NCBI GenBank assembly: GCA_013265495.1 | Contig: MU058463.1 | Span: forward strand, 1 to 64,000 | Reading direction: 5' to 3' | From: Vicugna vicugna | Lineage: Eukaryota | DNA: 64,000 bases | Part shown: in pieces, positions 1 through 14,032 of the stretch | Position numbering within the stretch: position 1 is the first letter of the stretch | Layout: the number at the start of each line of letters is the position of its first letter | Program-made: the position numbers and the translations under genes | Notes under the pieces: generated by a model | Database searches by the model: none | What the model was told of the DNA's origin: nothing | The model's input: only the letters and a program-made list of their open reading frames with translations

Positions 1-59
1 TGCTATTTTCAAGTGCATGTAGCTGGATCACTAACTAAATGTTAAAAATTTAAAAATCA

Positions 60-250
60 AAAAGGATCACGCTGAGTCTTTGGACAAAAGCTAATCAAAT
101 TGAAAATAATCTGAATAATTTACCCAGAAATATTCCTAAATAATGAAAAGTTATGTAACACATTTTCAAATAAATCATGCATTTAAATAAAAATTAAAAT
201 GGAAATTAGAAAATTTGTCAAAGAATAATAATAAAACACAAATATACTAC
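60..250 (+). mobile_element. Old L1 ORF2 fragment (post-endonuclease region)
   Basis: A-rich decayed match to L1 ORF2 ('aaaatggaaattagaaaatttgtc...aaaacacaaatatac'). Confidence 0.55.
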
Positions 251-454
251 AATGAACTGGACTTTACTACTGCAAGCTATTTTTGCATCTCACTTCTACA
301 CCACTCTCCCATTAATCTTCATTTATGTGCAATTGAGGATAGTGTCACTCATGCAACTGGAACTGGCACTTTTGGGCAAACACTTACAGGGCAAATCATA
401 TCATACTAGAAATAGACATTACCAGGAGTGGTTACTAAAATGTAGATCAAAGTA

Positions 455-2560
455 GAATCAAATAAATGGAGAGTATCCATGTTCATGGATAGGAAGTGTC
501 AATATTGTCAAATGTCAGTTCTTCCCAACTTGATCTAAAGATTCAATGTAATCCCAGCAAGTTATTTTGAGGATATCAACAAATTGATTATAAGTTTAAA
601 GTTTTAAGGAAATATTAAAAAAAAAACAAAACCCTAGAGTAGTCAATGCAATATTGAAGGAGAAGCACAAAGTTGGAGGATAGACACTACATGGATACTT
701 TGGAGATATTGAAGGTTTAGTTCCAGGTTAATACAATAAAGCAAATATCACAGTAAAGTGAAGCACACAAATTTAGGGGTTTCTCAGTGCATATAAAACT
801 TGCATTTAAACTATACTGTAAACTATTAAGTGTGCAGTAGGATTACATCTAAAAATAATGTATATACCATTATTGAAAAAATAATGATATTGGAAACATG
901 GCTCCAATACATTTGTTGGACACAGGGTTGGGAAAACATTCAATTTGTGAAATTTCAAACTGCAGTAAAGGAAAGTGCAAAAAATTAAGTATGCTTGTAC
1001 TTGACTTTACAACTTATTCTGAAGCAATATTAATCAAGACATGTAGTGTTGATATTGGCTAAGAATAGATCAATGGACCAGACTAGAGAGCCCAGAAATT
1101 GACCAAAATAAATGCAATCAACTGATCTTTGACAGAGGAACAAATGCAATATAATTGAGCAAAGATAATCCCTTCAAGAAATGGTGCTGGAAGAAGTGGA
1201 CATCCACATGCAAAAAAAAAAATACACTAAAGCGCAAATCTTACACCCTTTATAAAAATTAACTCAAAATGAATCACAGATCTACACACAAAACACAAAA
1301 CTATAAAGCTCTTAGAAGATGACACTGGAAAAGACCTAGATAACTTTGGGTACGGTGATGCCTCTTTAGATACAGCATGAAAGACAAGAATCATGAAATT
1401 AAAAAGCTAGACTTTATTAAATTAAAAACTCCTGCTTTGTAAAATACAATGTTAAGTGTATAGGAAGACAAACCACAGACAGGGAGAAAATATTTCCAAA
1501 AGACACGTCTGATAAAGGACTGTTACCAAAAATACGCAGAGTTCATAAAACTCAGCAGTAAGAAAACAACCCATTTTAAAAATAGGCCACATGAAGAAAA
1601 AGAAATGGTAAAAAGCCAAAGAAGATTAACAGATGGAATGTGAGATGTTATACATTATATATCACCATACAGAAGTGCAAATTAAAACAACACTGAGATA
1701 CCACTACTTATGTGTTAGAATGGCCAAAATATGGAACACTGACAAGACTAAATGCTGGTATATAGAGCAATAGAAACTCTCATTCCTTGCTTTAGGAATG
1801 CAAAATGTTATAGATACATTGGAAGACAGTTTGGGGTATTTTTTTCTTTTTTTTACAAAACTAAATACGCTCTTTATCATATGATCCAGCAATTGCACTA
1901 CTTATTACTTACCCAAAGGAGTTGAAAACTGAAGTCCACACATGTACCTGTGCACAGATGTTTATAGCTGCATATTTATAAATAACTACCAAAACTTTGG
2001 AGCAAACAATGTGTGCTTTAGTAGATGAATGGATAAATAAAACGATGGTCAATCCAGACTTTATTTTAGTGCTTAAAAAAATGAGCTATTAAACTATGAA
2101 GTCCTGGAGAAATGAACATTATGAAGTGAAAGAAGCCAGTCTGAAAAGGCTACATCCTCTATAATTTCGACTATATGACATTCTGGAAAAGGCATGGAGA
2201 TAATAAAAGATCATTGGATTCCAGAAATGGGGGCAAAGAGAGATGAATAGGCAGAGCACAGAGGATTTTAAGGGCAGTGAAAATACTCTGTATGATATTA
2301 TAATAATGGATATGTATCATTATACTTTTGTCCAAACCCATAGAATGTACAACACCAAGACTGCACCCTAAGGTATACTATGGACTTTGGGTAATTATGA
2401 TGTGTCATTATTGGAAACAAATGTACCATTCTGGTAAGAGACGTTAATAATGTGAGAGGCTATTCATATGGGAGGATAGGTGTCTATGGGAAATCTCCCT
2501 ACTTCTTTTAATTTTGATGTGACTCTAAAGCTGCTCTAAAAAATAAAGTTTTTATAAAAG
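455..2560 (+). mobile_element. L1MC-like LINE-1, ORF2 3' part plus 3' UTR, interrupted by a Tigger1 derivative
   Basis: ORF2 motifs 'ccatgttcatggataggaag', 'aaatggtgctgg', 'atatgatccagcaattgcact'; 3' UTR 'aaacccatagaatgtacaacaccaaga...ctgctctaaaaaataaagt' resembles the L1MC1-3 end. Confidence 0.85.
690..997 (-). mobile_element. Internally deleted Tigger1 (TcMar) MITE
   Basis: Ends CATGGATACTTTGGAGATATTG and AAGTATGCTTG resemble the Tigger1 TIRs; TA at 688-689 and 998-999; the L1 reads through once the insert is removed (acacTA|cttgac). Confidence 0.85.
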
Positions 2561-3849
2561 AAGAATGAATTGGTTCTTTATGTATATTGGGAAATAAAGA
2601 TTGCCTTTTTGTTTCCTTTTTTGAAAAATGTGGTTTAAACACTTTTATTTTAGGAAGCAGGTAAAAATGGGCTTTCTGACCCATGAAATATTTATAGTTA
2701 GGTGCCTTCTATTGATTTGTGAGCCCACATGTCCGCTTTCTCTCACTCATGGTCACCCCGGGCCTTTGTAAGCTTGGGCACTTGCTTGGGAAGGCATGGA
2801 GTATTTCTATCAGCTGCTTCTCAGCTAATATCTACTGTTTATGAAGTCAAAATCCTAGAAACACTAAGTTAAAGCATCTGTCTAAAATAGGTATAAACCA
2901 TGCTTACCTGAAGTACTTTTCTTTTTGAACAAATACTGCCTGTTCCTCCCCGCAAAAGTTATATGACAAAATGCTTTTCACTTAGAATCACAATAAGCTA
3001 TTTCAACAATGTCTGCAGAATATTGGTTTCCATGGACCAACTATTTAGTTTTTGGCTGAAGTTCCCAAAGATGTGGCTGTGTTCAGCTGGTGATAATCAG
3101 ATAAATATGTCACTTTTTTCAAATACTCATCAGTGTCACTGATATCAAGAGAATTTATCTGGCCTACAACAGCTCGTATTTCTCACTTTTCTAGCACTTT
3201 TATATATGCTGACTTGCATGTATTACAGTGAATCATACAACTTTGAGCTACTCTTAGAGCTCATAAAGGCACTAATCAATAATTCTACATTGGCAGGAGA
3301 AAATCTTTACTTACACCCACTCCTCCTCCATCAGACTTATCACAGAGTTAAATGAAGAACATGCAGACAATTGCATCTTGCCCAAAAAGCTGGAAAATAT
3401 TTAAATTTATTTCCAAAGGGAAATGTTTATCTTGAGATTACAGGGTTGGGCAACTAATCCCCTAACCAAAAGTGAATGCATACAAGTAGATCAAATCGAC
3501 GTATTAGATTGAGTTTTCACATAATTCCAGAGACATATTATATATCCTCAATGTTATTCACACTTCTTTAATATAATTTGTTACTATGAAAATAGAAGTC
3601 ATAAATAACTGCTACTTCTTTGCACAATATAGTCTTATCATTTATCTTGTAGTTAGAGCAATATAGCAATCTTACTTCTCCCATACACACACAATCTCTC
3701 AGGAAACTATGCTACCTCCATTTCCTAGCTGAGTATTACATGCAACTGTTCATTTCAATTCTATAGACCTTAAAAGGAATTTCATTTTAAAAAATGGATT
3801 GGGTTAAGATACATATCCAGCCAATATTTATCATCAAATATGATGGAAA

Positions 3850-4055
3850 AGTCTAGGTATCAGAAATACTTAAGTACAAATACTTTCATTTGCAAGTTAT
3901 GTGACCTTGATCAAGTTAAAACAACTATCCAAACTTCAGTTCCTTGTCTAAAAATGAAGATAATGGTTCAAGATTTTTGTGGGAATTATGTGAGATACAA
4001 TACGTGATTTAGCTTAACATTAGCAAAAAGTTACTGAATGATAACTATTATTATT
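3850..4055 (+). mobile_element. MIR SINE
   Basis: 'tgtgaccttgatcaagtta...cttcagttccttgtctaaaaatgaagataat' MIR core, ends in (att)n. Confidence 0.7.
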
Positions 4056-4260
4056 GTTGTGGACTAAGCACTTGGCAGGTATTGGGAATACACAGACATC
4101 ATCAGTGCCACCAAGGAATACACAGATGGAGATGGGAGGACATGTGTATAAATAATTACAGTGTACTGTGCTTTATTACTCCAAAGTAAGATTGCACTAG
4201 TGAGTTTACTGCATTAACCAGCTCATCTCTGATTTCTCATATTTTATTGTTAGAAATGCT

Positions 4261-4286
4261 AAAAAAAAAAGAGAGAGAGAGAGAGA
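4261..4286. repeat. A10(GA)n microsatellite
   Basis: Seen directly. Confidence 0.9.
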
Positions 4287-4740
4287 ATTAAAATTATATG
4301 GAAACATATTCTTCACACACATAATTAATTTTTTTATATTTCCTTCCTCTCATTTTACAAAAAGATAAAATGGATTTTAAACATCATTTCAGACCAATTA
4401 TGTTTTTTCCTTCCTTTGTGGCAACCATTACTGTGACAATGGTGAAGATCCTTTTAAATCATTTATATATAGGGACATAACTGTTGCTTCTCTTTTACTC
4501 TAAAACATATTTGTGTTAAAAATTAATACTAAAACAACTTATCTTTTAAAAATTCAACATGATTTCTGAGATTTGATCTTGGTATATTTATGTTCATGTT
4601 CAGAAAAATCTACCTATGTATCTATCTATAAATAATATTTTTCTCTATACCTAGATTTTTTAACACTGCTAGGTCATCAAAGGGTGTTCATACCATACTC
4701 TTTATTTAGTTTCTTCCTGATGAATAAGATACTGCATTAT

Positions 4741-5055
4741 TTTCTTTTTTGTTCCAGTTTTATTGAGACATAATTGTCATAGAACACTGTGTAAGTTTAA
4801 GGTGTATAGTATAAGTGACTTACATACATCATCAAATGATTACCACAGTACTACTTTAGTTAGCAGTACCATCTCATAGAGATATAAAATTAAATAGAAA
4901 AAAAAATGTTTTCCTTGTGATGAGAACTCTTAGGATTTACCCTATTAATTTTCATATACAACATACAGCAGTGTTAATGACACTTATGTTGTACATTACA
5001 TCCCTAGTACTGATTTCTCTCTTATAATTGGACATTGGTACTTTTAACTACCTCT
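4741..5055 (-). mobile_element. L1 3' end (L1MA9-like, laurasiatherian)
   Basis: T-rich tail then 'ccagttttattgagacataattg...gtgatgagaactcttaggatttac...gtacattacatccc'. Confidence 0.8.
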
Positions 5056-5059
5056 CTTC

Positions 5060-5390
5060 CTAGTGTAGCCCATATACAATGCTTGGTCGATGCAGGGGTG
5101 TAAAGACCTGGCCCTCTAGACTTTACTTACGTCTATTCTGTATGTCTCTATTCTTATGTCTATGCCTCTACTAATGTCTAAGTATGTCTATTCGATTCTA
5201 CTTATATCTGTTCAGCTCAGAATTCCCTGTGTGACTATCCATGAGCAACACCCGGCTTTCATTACAGCCCAACTTCTCTTATAATTTCCTTCTACAAGTT
5301 TTAGTCTGAAGGATAATCCACAAACAGATATCATGTATGCTAGACTATCTTTCTCAAAAGCTTCTTCTTGGAGAATCTAATCTGCAGCAT
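5060..5390 (+). mobile_element. ERVL-class LTR (LTR16/LTR33-like)
   Basis: 3' end 'gctagactatctttctcaaaagcttcttcttggagaatctaatctgcagca' resembles LTR16/33 U5; followed directly by ERVL internal sequence. Confidence 0.5.
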
Positions 5391-6880
5391 TAGGACACAG
5401 AATAATTCAAGGCAGCTGATGAAAACATAATTACTGATGGTAACTAGAACACAGATTCTGGCCAAAGGGGGTGATTTATTTGCTAAAACAGCCCCTATTG
5501 GTGATCTGCATTGCCTTAACAGTCAACAGGAATAATGTAAAGGATGTAATACACCAGTTATTAGAGAGAAATGGGGAAATTATGATGTGATAATAACGAC
5601 AATTAACTTGAGTGGCTCTTGCTAAGATGCACTAACATCTGGATAAAGACATCACACAGCTAAAGGGTCCTAACTACCAAGAGAAAGTGTGAACACCACA
5701 CAGAGTCCTGGGTAGTATTCAAAATGGCCTTAAACTCCTACAGCAGGAATATAGAGAAAGCTGAGCACCAGGACTTAACAATTAGAGTATTTGTGTTCCA
5801 GAGAAAGTAATATTCCCATTAAAATTAGGTCAGCTATGACATGGCCAGCACTATGATCAGAAATGCATGTGTACTGATGCTGCTAAAAGACTTGCATTCA
5901 CAGATTTTTCTGAAACTTCTAAACATACAGAAATAGCCCAAGAACTTATACTACTTTCCTACTAAGGACTTCTTTCTACTAAGAACTTAGATCACTCCTT
6001 TCCTAAACAAAATGCAGAAGCCTCTCCTCTCAATATAACATGAGATTTTTGGAAATGGTTCTTTGTCTTCATCTCTCTTTTTAGCCACTATAAATAAAGT
6101 CTATAAATAAGATTAAATTTCAACATAATTACAATTAACTATGCAAGGATATATTGGACTTGATGAAGAACTGTCGGAAACTGAGTCAAAATGTATTGGT
6201 TAAAATCCAAGAAGATAAAGCAAAACAAATGCACCACTATGATGGTTCCTAGAAATATGCAAAAATTGATGTCTCATGCATAGGGTAGATGAAAGAACAA
6301 AAATGCCATTGTGAATGGTACAGCAAGTACCAAGCCATGAGGAATGTGCTGGTGATGGAGGCATAGATATCATTCAAGTATTCAGTGCTGATTTTTCTCT
6401 TGAGGCCAAGCCTGACCCTAGGAGATGCAGATCTAGGATCACTGAAAACAAGAGGCATAAAGGATGCCAAATAATAAAGACCGGTGGCAGTGCTTAACTA
6501 TCAGAAGATAGGTGGACACAGTTATCAAAACTCATAAAGAGAAAATGGCAGGAGAGGCATGACCCACAGAGAGCTATGGAGATAGTTATCAGAACATAGT
6601 ATTCATAGAGGTCAGATAGAAGGATAAACAAGAATACTCCTCATCTTAAAAAATAATCAAAGATTTACTATCAGGATGATGAGGACAGTCACTCAGTTTT
6701 GAGATCTTAGCTGGTTTATAGACCTAGACACAATAAGCGAATAAGAGAGCAAGCTAAGTCAAGTGTAAATGGAAGTTATTTACCCAGCCTTTCTCCAAAG
6801 GGATCAATATTACTCAGTAATTGTGCATTCTGGAAAGAAGGAAAATTCAGTGTCCCAGTAGAATTGATTCCTGAAAGTCA
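5391..6880 (+). mobile_element. ERVL internal relic (degenerate gag to start of pro)
   Basis: 'ggtggcagtgcttaactatcagaagataggtgg...gacccacagagagctatggagat...gatcttagctggtttatagacc...gtaattgtgcattctggaaag' is colinear with ERV-L gag 3' end and protease start; many stops and indels. Confidence 0.7.
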
Positions 6881-9800
6881 AAGTCTTTACAGAACACAAG
6901 TCTTCATATTCTCTCTATTTTAAAAAACATTTCACTGTACAATTATTTTAGAGGTTCAAATGTGGAGATGGGAACTGGAGTGAAATTTGCTGACTGTTTT
7001 CAGTCTACTGTCTTAAACAGGAACACTACTGGATTAAAGTTCTGTTACAAAATTGGAGATTACTAATGTACAATAAACTTCAAGTTTGTTATACACTGTA
7101 AATAAAGGGAAAAACTCATACTGTCATGATTGTTTACTTTTCATGGCTGATCTGATTGCAAAATTTTATTTGGTGTTGTTCCTGAACATCGTTTCCCTTT
7201 GAAGAATAGAGATTGGGGGCTCATAATAATTAGAATCACAGTTTTAATAAATGGGTCTCAGTGTAAATGAGGTTTAATAAGGAAGTCATTATTCAGAAAG
7301 AAAGAAAATAGAAGCATCTCTGTAGGATCTGGAGCTGGAGAAAGCGGCAATATATTATAGTTGAAATCTAGTCAGTAGATGGGCTGTCTGTATAACATTT
7401 TCTGCATGTTCAGGTAGATACGTTCAATTTTCTAGGAAAAACTATAGTTGTTGTTTGACTAATTATTATAGTGGAAAGGAAACTGATCACCTATCATTTT
7501 ATTACTATATTCATCTTAAGAAAGATGTTGGGCATTGTGACATACCTTACTCTGGGACCTAGACTGTGAGCTCAAGAAAGAAAAATTTGTGCAAGTATTT
7601 TTCTCTATTACATGTAAAAGACTAGGATACTTTTCCTCTTTAAAAGCTTGGAATTAAGAAGGATCAATTCAGTAAAATAATTTGAGAGTTGGAAGAAGCT
7701 ATTTCCCAGTGTTCTTATATATTTTAGCCAACCAATTATGTGTCTGAAATATTATCTTATCCCTATTTAAAATATAGGGTGTTTACATTTCAAGTAAATA
7801 TCTTATATTTTATAAATATTTATAAATATTTTATAAATATATTATTTTGATTAAAGAAATTTATCACCTGTCAGCATCCCTTGTTAAGCTTAGAAAATTT
7901 TAGGCTTGGCACACAATCTTTTTGATTTCAGAAGAGGATCATATTCCATATATTTATTCTGACCTGACTTAAGTTTTTAGTAATCGATGGAAATCCCTCT
8001 TACCAATATGGAAGAAAGGGCAGAATACAATTCATCCTTGGGATAAACTTAGTGTCCCAGTAAAACCAGGAGTATAAGTCGTGAGATATACTTAGCAGAC
8101 AGGCACTAGCAACAAGTTTAAGACCAATCTAAATTTAACATTAGGTATTAATTAGGTTAACAAGTTAAATAGAAGACATGATGTGTGTATATATAAATGT
8201 CACCATGTTACCTTTAAATATAATTTCTCTGAAATAATGTAAGTATATTCTCACAATGAATATAAGATACCTTTAACAAATCTGGAACAAATGGAACACT
8301 AGGTCTGGTTTTATGTAGCTGTGATCATGAATATAGGTGACTACTGATCCACTGAAATTTAAAGGGCAAGTTCTAGCTTTAGGGTTAACAGTAAAATAAA
8401 GTTCTTAACTGTCTTTCATATTCACATTACCTTTTATCCTTTTAAAAAGGCTTTAGCAGCAAGCTGCTGTAATTGTTCTGAACCAAAGCCAATTTTCAAA
8501 AACAATCAGGAGAGCTAAAGATTCTTACCAGGTGAGGCAACATGACCATACCCTTTACACCTTATTACCTACACTGACATGACCAAATACAGTAGGGAAA
8601 ACAAGCACCTGATCTCCAAATCTCTTAAAATATAGAGTCAATTTAAGATTTTTAAATAAATTCAAATTATTTCCAGTATAGCCTCATCTGTTGTCTGAAG
8701 CACAAGACATCTCATCAGAACTATCCCCAAACTGAGTTGGGATCTTTATTTTCATCATCATTTACTTTTGTTCATGTAATTTTCTGATTGAATGTGATTA
8801 TCATACAAAGAAGGTCAGAAATGCTATTCAGGGAAGCAAGAACAGGGCATGTACAATTCAACCATAGGTGGCCTTGGCATATTTAGCTAATTATGACTAT
8901 CTTTTGTTATATTTTAATTTTTTAAAACCAAAAATATGTAACTTGGCACAGTTCTGCTGGCAGTTCTTTTGTGTATATGTGTGCGTCTCTCAACATTCTT
9001 TAGAGAGCAATTTTTTTCCTAAAAGTATTTATATTCAAACAATTTATTTTATGAAATAAGCCTGGTAAAATTTCTTACAAGCTATAGAGTAGATTTTCCT
9101 TCTGAATGTGCACTCTGATTAACATGAATTTCTCAACTATAATGATGAGCAATAATTAAGAAAGAAAACTTGGCTAAATGCACAAATGTTAACAAAGGAC
9201 CATTTAAATACTGAAGTTAATATATTTGACTTTATTAGTTAATCAACTACAAGGTGTTACTGCGCCAAAAAATTCCTTGATTTTTTTTTTTTTCTCATTG
9301 GCAAGACAATCAGATACAGACTGGGTTTTAGAATTTCTTACAATTCCAATTGCCATCATCAATTCCTTCTTAAGGCTAAATAAAGAAAAGAAAATACAAC
9401 TTCTACATTATTCTAGATCACAGATAATCTTTAAAATAGGCAAATTGTATAAATGAGCATAAAAATTAACTAACTCGTTGTTTAATAACTTTCTAGTAAA
9501 TAATTATTTTACTCCATGTCTGTTTTATTAATTCTTTACCATTATTACATTTCCCATTTGCAATGGATTCCCACTTAACTGAGCAAAATTATGTCATAGT
9601 TTCTTTCATTCATCACCAACTTAGTAACTGAGAAAATATTATTATTTTTATTTCCAAAATATAACAAGTTAATTATTTTGTATGTTTCAGTCACATATAT
9701 GCATCTTGGGTATACAACCATTTTCAAGGGAAGGGAGATATAATTATTTGTGATTTTTAAAAACTATAATTATTTTGGATGCCATCTAGTCTTTAAATAA

Positions 9801-10499
9801 GTTATTATAATAAATATAAATGGAAACTTTCTTGTTATTATAATATGAGACTTATTATGAACTATATATTTTACTTTTATATCCTTAAAAAATCAAACAA
9901 CATTTTGATTGTTAACTATGCACCTTATTTCGGTATTATTATTAAATTTACTTTTCCTCATCCATTCCCAAACTGATATTAGAATCTAAAACAAAATTAT
10001 AAGAGACTTTGACCTTTCAGTAAATACACAAGAGGCCATTAAGGGAGAATAAAATTGACTAAAATTGCACAGGGCAGCAAAAGTTGGTAGAAAGAAAATA
10101 TAGTTGAATGAATGAGAAAAAAGATTATATTTGTGTTTGTTACATTAGCTGGTTTATAAATTATGGCTATATAGTATGTCACACAGAGGTTAAAAATATA
10201 ATTTTATTATTATTCTGAAATATCAAAGTACATACACACACAAACACACATACAAACCACAGTAAATGCAAGGCAAGCTGGAAAATATATTAACACAACT
10301 GCCAGCCCAAATTAAATTAGTAATAAGTTAACAAGGGAGAGAAGGAAAAGTTGAGTTGCAACAAGCATCCTCTGAAAAAGAGTATTTAGTAAAGTGATTA
10401 CATGAGAGATTTCAAGAGGAATGGGACAAATAAAATTTGATCCATCTAATACAAAGCAGCTGAGATAGTTGAAAAAAAGAAAACAGAGCAAAAATTAAG

Positions 10500-13400
10500 A
10501 TGATGGACTTAATCTAGTTGTAATAATCATTAAACCAATAAAAGTGGATTGTATTCCTTTAGAAGACAGAAATTTGCAGGTATAATAAAAATGGCTTTGT
10601 GTCATTTATATGATGTTCATCTAAATATATGAATTAAGTTATCAGTAAATGGGTATTACAAAGATTGGAGATATATAGAAAGCATAAACTAACCATTAAA
10701 ACCTGGAATAAAAATTTCTATATAAGATAAAATGGATAAGAATATATGGTATTTTAAAAACAAAATGAACAACCTTGATTTCTTTTTATATGTAGGAAAC
10801 TGCACACAACAAATGTAGGCTATGCATTACTTCTAAACACAAATAACCCATTTCAAAGATTATCTATGAAATCATTAAATAAGTCTTAACAAATACAAAA
10901 TAATTAATATGATAAATACCACCTTTTGTCCACATGACACAGAACAATATAATTTGAAATGAATTAAAAAATCTCCAAACAACATAATAAAGGCCATATA
11001 TGACAAACCCACAGCTAACATCATACTTAATGGTGAAAAGCTGAAAGCATTTCCTCCAAGATCAGGAACAAGACAAGGATGCCCACGGTCACCACTTCTA
11101 TTCAACATAGTTTTGGAAGCCCTACCATAGTAATCAGAGAAGAAAAAGAAATAAAGGGGATCCAAATCAGAAAAAAAGAAGTAAAACTGTCACTGTTAGC
11201 AGATGACATGATACTATACATAGAAACCTCTAAAGAAGTGACCAGAAAACTACTAGAGCTCATCAACGAATCTGGTAAAGTTTCAGGATACAAAATTAAT
11301 GCACAGAAATCAGTTGCACTTGTATACACTAACAATAAAATAGCAGAAAAAGAAATTCAAGAAACAATCTCATTTACCATCATGCCAAAAGAATAAAATA
11401 CCTAGGAATAAACCCACCCAAGGAGGCAAAAGACCTGTACTCCAAAAACTATAAGACACTGATGAACGAAACTGAAGATAATATAAACAGATGGAAAGAT
11501 ATACCATGTTCTTGGATTGGAAGAATTGGTATTGTTAAAATGGCCATACTACCCAAGACAATATACAGATTCAGTGTAATCTCCATCAGATTACCAATGA
11601 CATTTTTCACAGAGCTGGAACAAAAAATGTTAAAATGTGTGTGGAAACATAAAAGAACTTGACTAGCCAAAACAGTCTTGAAAAAGAATGGAGCTGGGAG
11701 AATAATGTTTTCTGACTTCAGACTATACTAAAAGCTACAGTAATCAAAAAAGTATTGTCCTGGCACAAAAAAAGACACATAAATCAATGGAACAGGATAG
11801 AAAGTCCAGAAATAAATCTATACACTAATGGTCAATTATTCTACAACAAAGAAGGCAAGAATATACAATGGAGAAAAGACAGTCTCTTCAACAAGTGGTG
11901 CTGGGAAAACTGGCCAGCTACCTGTGAAAGACTGAAATTAGAACATTCTCTAAAACCATATACAAAAATAAATTCAAAATGGATAAAAGACCAAGATGTA
12001 AAATTAGATACTATAAAACTCCTAGAGGAAAACATAGACAGAACAGTCTCTGACATAAATCCCAGCAGTATATTTTTTTCAAACCAGCTCCTAGAGTAAT
12101 GGAAATAAAAACAAAAATAAACAAATGGGATCTAATTAAACTTAAAAGCCTTTGCACAGCTAAGGATATCATTAACAAAATGAAAAGACAACCTACAGAA
12201 TGGAAAAAATATTTGCAAATGATGCAACTGACAAGTGACAAATTTCCAAAATATACGACAGTTCATATAGCTTAATATAAAAAAAAACAAAAACAAAAAA
12301 ACAAGCAACCCAATCAAAAAATGGGCAGAAGACTTAAATAGTCATCTTTCCAAAGAAGACATCCAGATGGCCAACAAGCACATGAAAAGATGCTCACCGT
12401 TACTAACTGTTAGATAAATGCAAATCAAAACAATGAGATATCACCTCATTCCAGTCAAAATGGCCATCATTAAGAAGTCCACAAATGATAAATGCTGAGA
12501 GCACGTGGAGAAAAAGGAACCCTCCTACACTGTTGGTGGGAATGTAAATTGGTGCAACCACTGTGGAGGACAGTATGGAGGTTCCTTAAAAGAATAAAAA
12601 TAAACTTACCATGTGATCCAGCAATCCCACTCCTAGTCATGTATCCAGAAGAAAATATAATTTGAAAAGACAAATGCACCCTAGTGTTCACAGCAGCACT
12701 ATTTACAATAGCCAAGACACGGAAACATACCAAATGTCCATTGATAGATGACTGGATAAAGAAGATGTGGTATATATAAATATATATGGAATACTAATCA
12801 GCCATAACAAAGAATAAAATAATACCATTTGCAACAACGTGGATGGACCTGGAGATTGTCATTCTAAGTGAAATAAGACATAAAGAGAAAGAAAAATACC
12901 ATATGATATCTCTTATATGTGGAATCAAACAAAAAGGACACAAATGAAGTTATCTACAAAACAGAAACAGACTCACAGACATACAGAACAAACTTCTGGT
13001 TACCAGGGGATGAGGGTGGGAAGAGATAAATTGGGAATTCAAAATTTGCACCTCTTGGAGAGTGATGGAAATGTTAGCTATCTTGATTGTGGTGGTGGTT
13101 TCATTGGTGTATACACCTACCAAAATTCATCAAATTGTACCTCTGAAAGTAGTTTACTGTACAGGAATCATACCACAATAAAGGTGTTTTTAAAAAAATC
13201 TCCAACACATGAAAATAGCAAAAAAAACTGATTTAAAATAGTTCACCAATAGAAGAAGCTGTCAGAATGGATATTACTAAATATTTAAAATACATTAATG
13301 GCAACAAATATACTGAGCATCAAAACTTGTCAGATGGAAAAACAACAGTACATAAATATTAATGTTTAGCTTTAAATGCATTCATCTGTACCTCAGGAAA

Positions 13401-14030
13401 ATTGAAAAGTGACAGCCTAGATATTCAATCAAGTTGTTAATAAATAAAACTTCAGAGTAAAGTCAAAGCAAATCAAAACTAATAAATAATACACACCATA
13501 TAAGAAATGTATATAATAGGAAGTAAAGAAATAGTGGAGTCATTGAAAAGGAAAAAAAAAAGAACAAAATTAAAATCCTCTGAAAAGACTGATCAAGGAA
13601 GAAGAGACGAAGCATCAAGTAATTATATAGGGAATGAGATAGATGCTTAACACACACAGGGAAAGGAATGTAAAAAATCAGTAGGGAAGGGGCTACTGTA
13701 GGAAACTTTATTTCCAACACATTTGAAAACAGACAAATGGGTAATTTTTAAGAAGATCATAAGTGACAAATATTTAAATAAAACTTAGAAAACTGAATAT
13801 ACGTAGCAGCATTAAAAATATAAGCAATTATTAAAACCACTTAACACATACTCTCTCTCTCCTATGAAGTTATGATTAACTACTTCAATGTAAGAAAGAA
13901 GACGAAATTCCTGTATTACATTATTTTTTCTAGGAAAGGAGAGATAAATGTTTAAACTTTGATGGCAAAACTTAAGTAGGGTATGCTATTCCCTCTTATA
14001 AACATAGACACAGAAACCTTAATACACATT
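10500..14030 (+). mobile_element. Old, heavily decayed L1 ORF2 (host of the young L1 at 10979-13192)
   Basis: Degenerate endonuclease-region sequence before 10965 resumes after 13205 ('atcaaaacttgtcagatgg...tttagctttaaatgca'). Confidence 0.6.
10979..13192 (+). mobile_element. Relatively young 5'-truncated L1 (ORF2 RT to C-terminus, 3' UTR), non-functional
   Basis: ORF-track peptides [37 protein letters not shown] in different frames; 13-bp TSD AAAAAATCTCCAA at 10966-10978 and 13193-13205 with a TT|AAAA endonuclease site. Confidence 0.95.
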
Positions 14031-14032
14031 AG

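Noticed and set aside
7804..7843. 18-bp palindrome TTTATAAATATTTATAAA
   Set aside because: Arises from a short AT-only tandem repeat; expected in AT-rich DNA.
11079..12099. ORFs with reverse-transcriptase motifs as a functional RT gene or retron-like system
   Set aside because: They are frameshifted, stop-interrupted pieces of a 5'-truncated L1 ORF2 bounded by a TSD.
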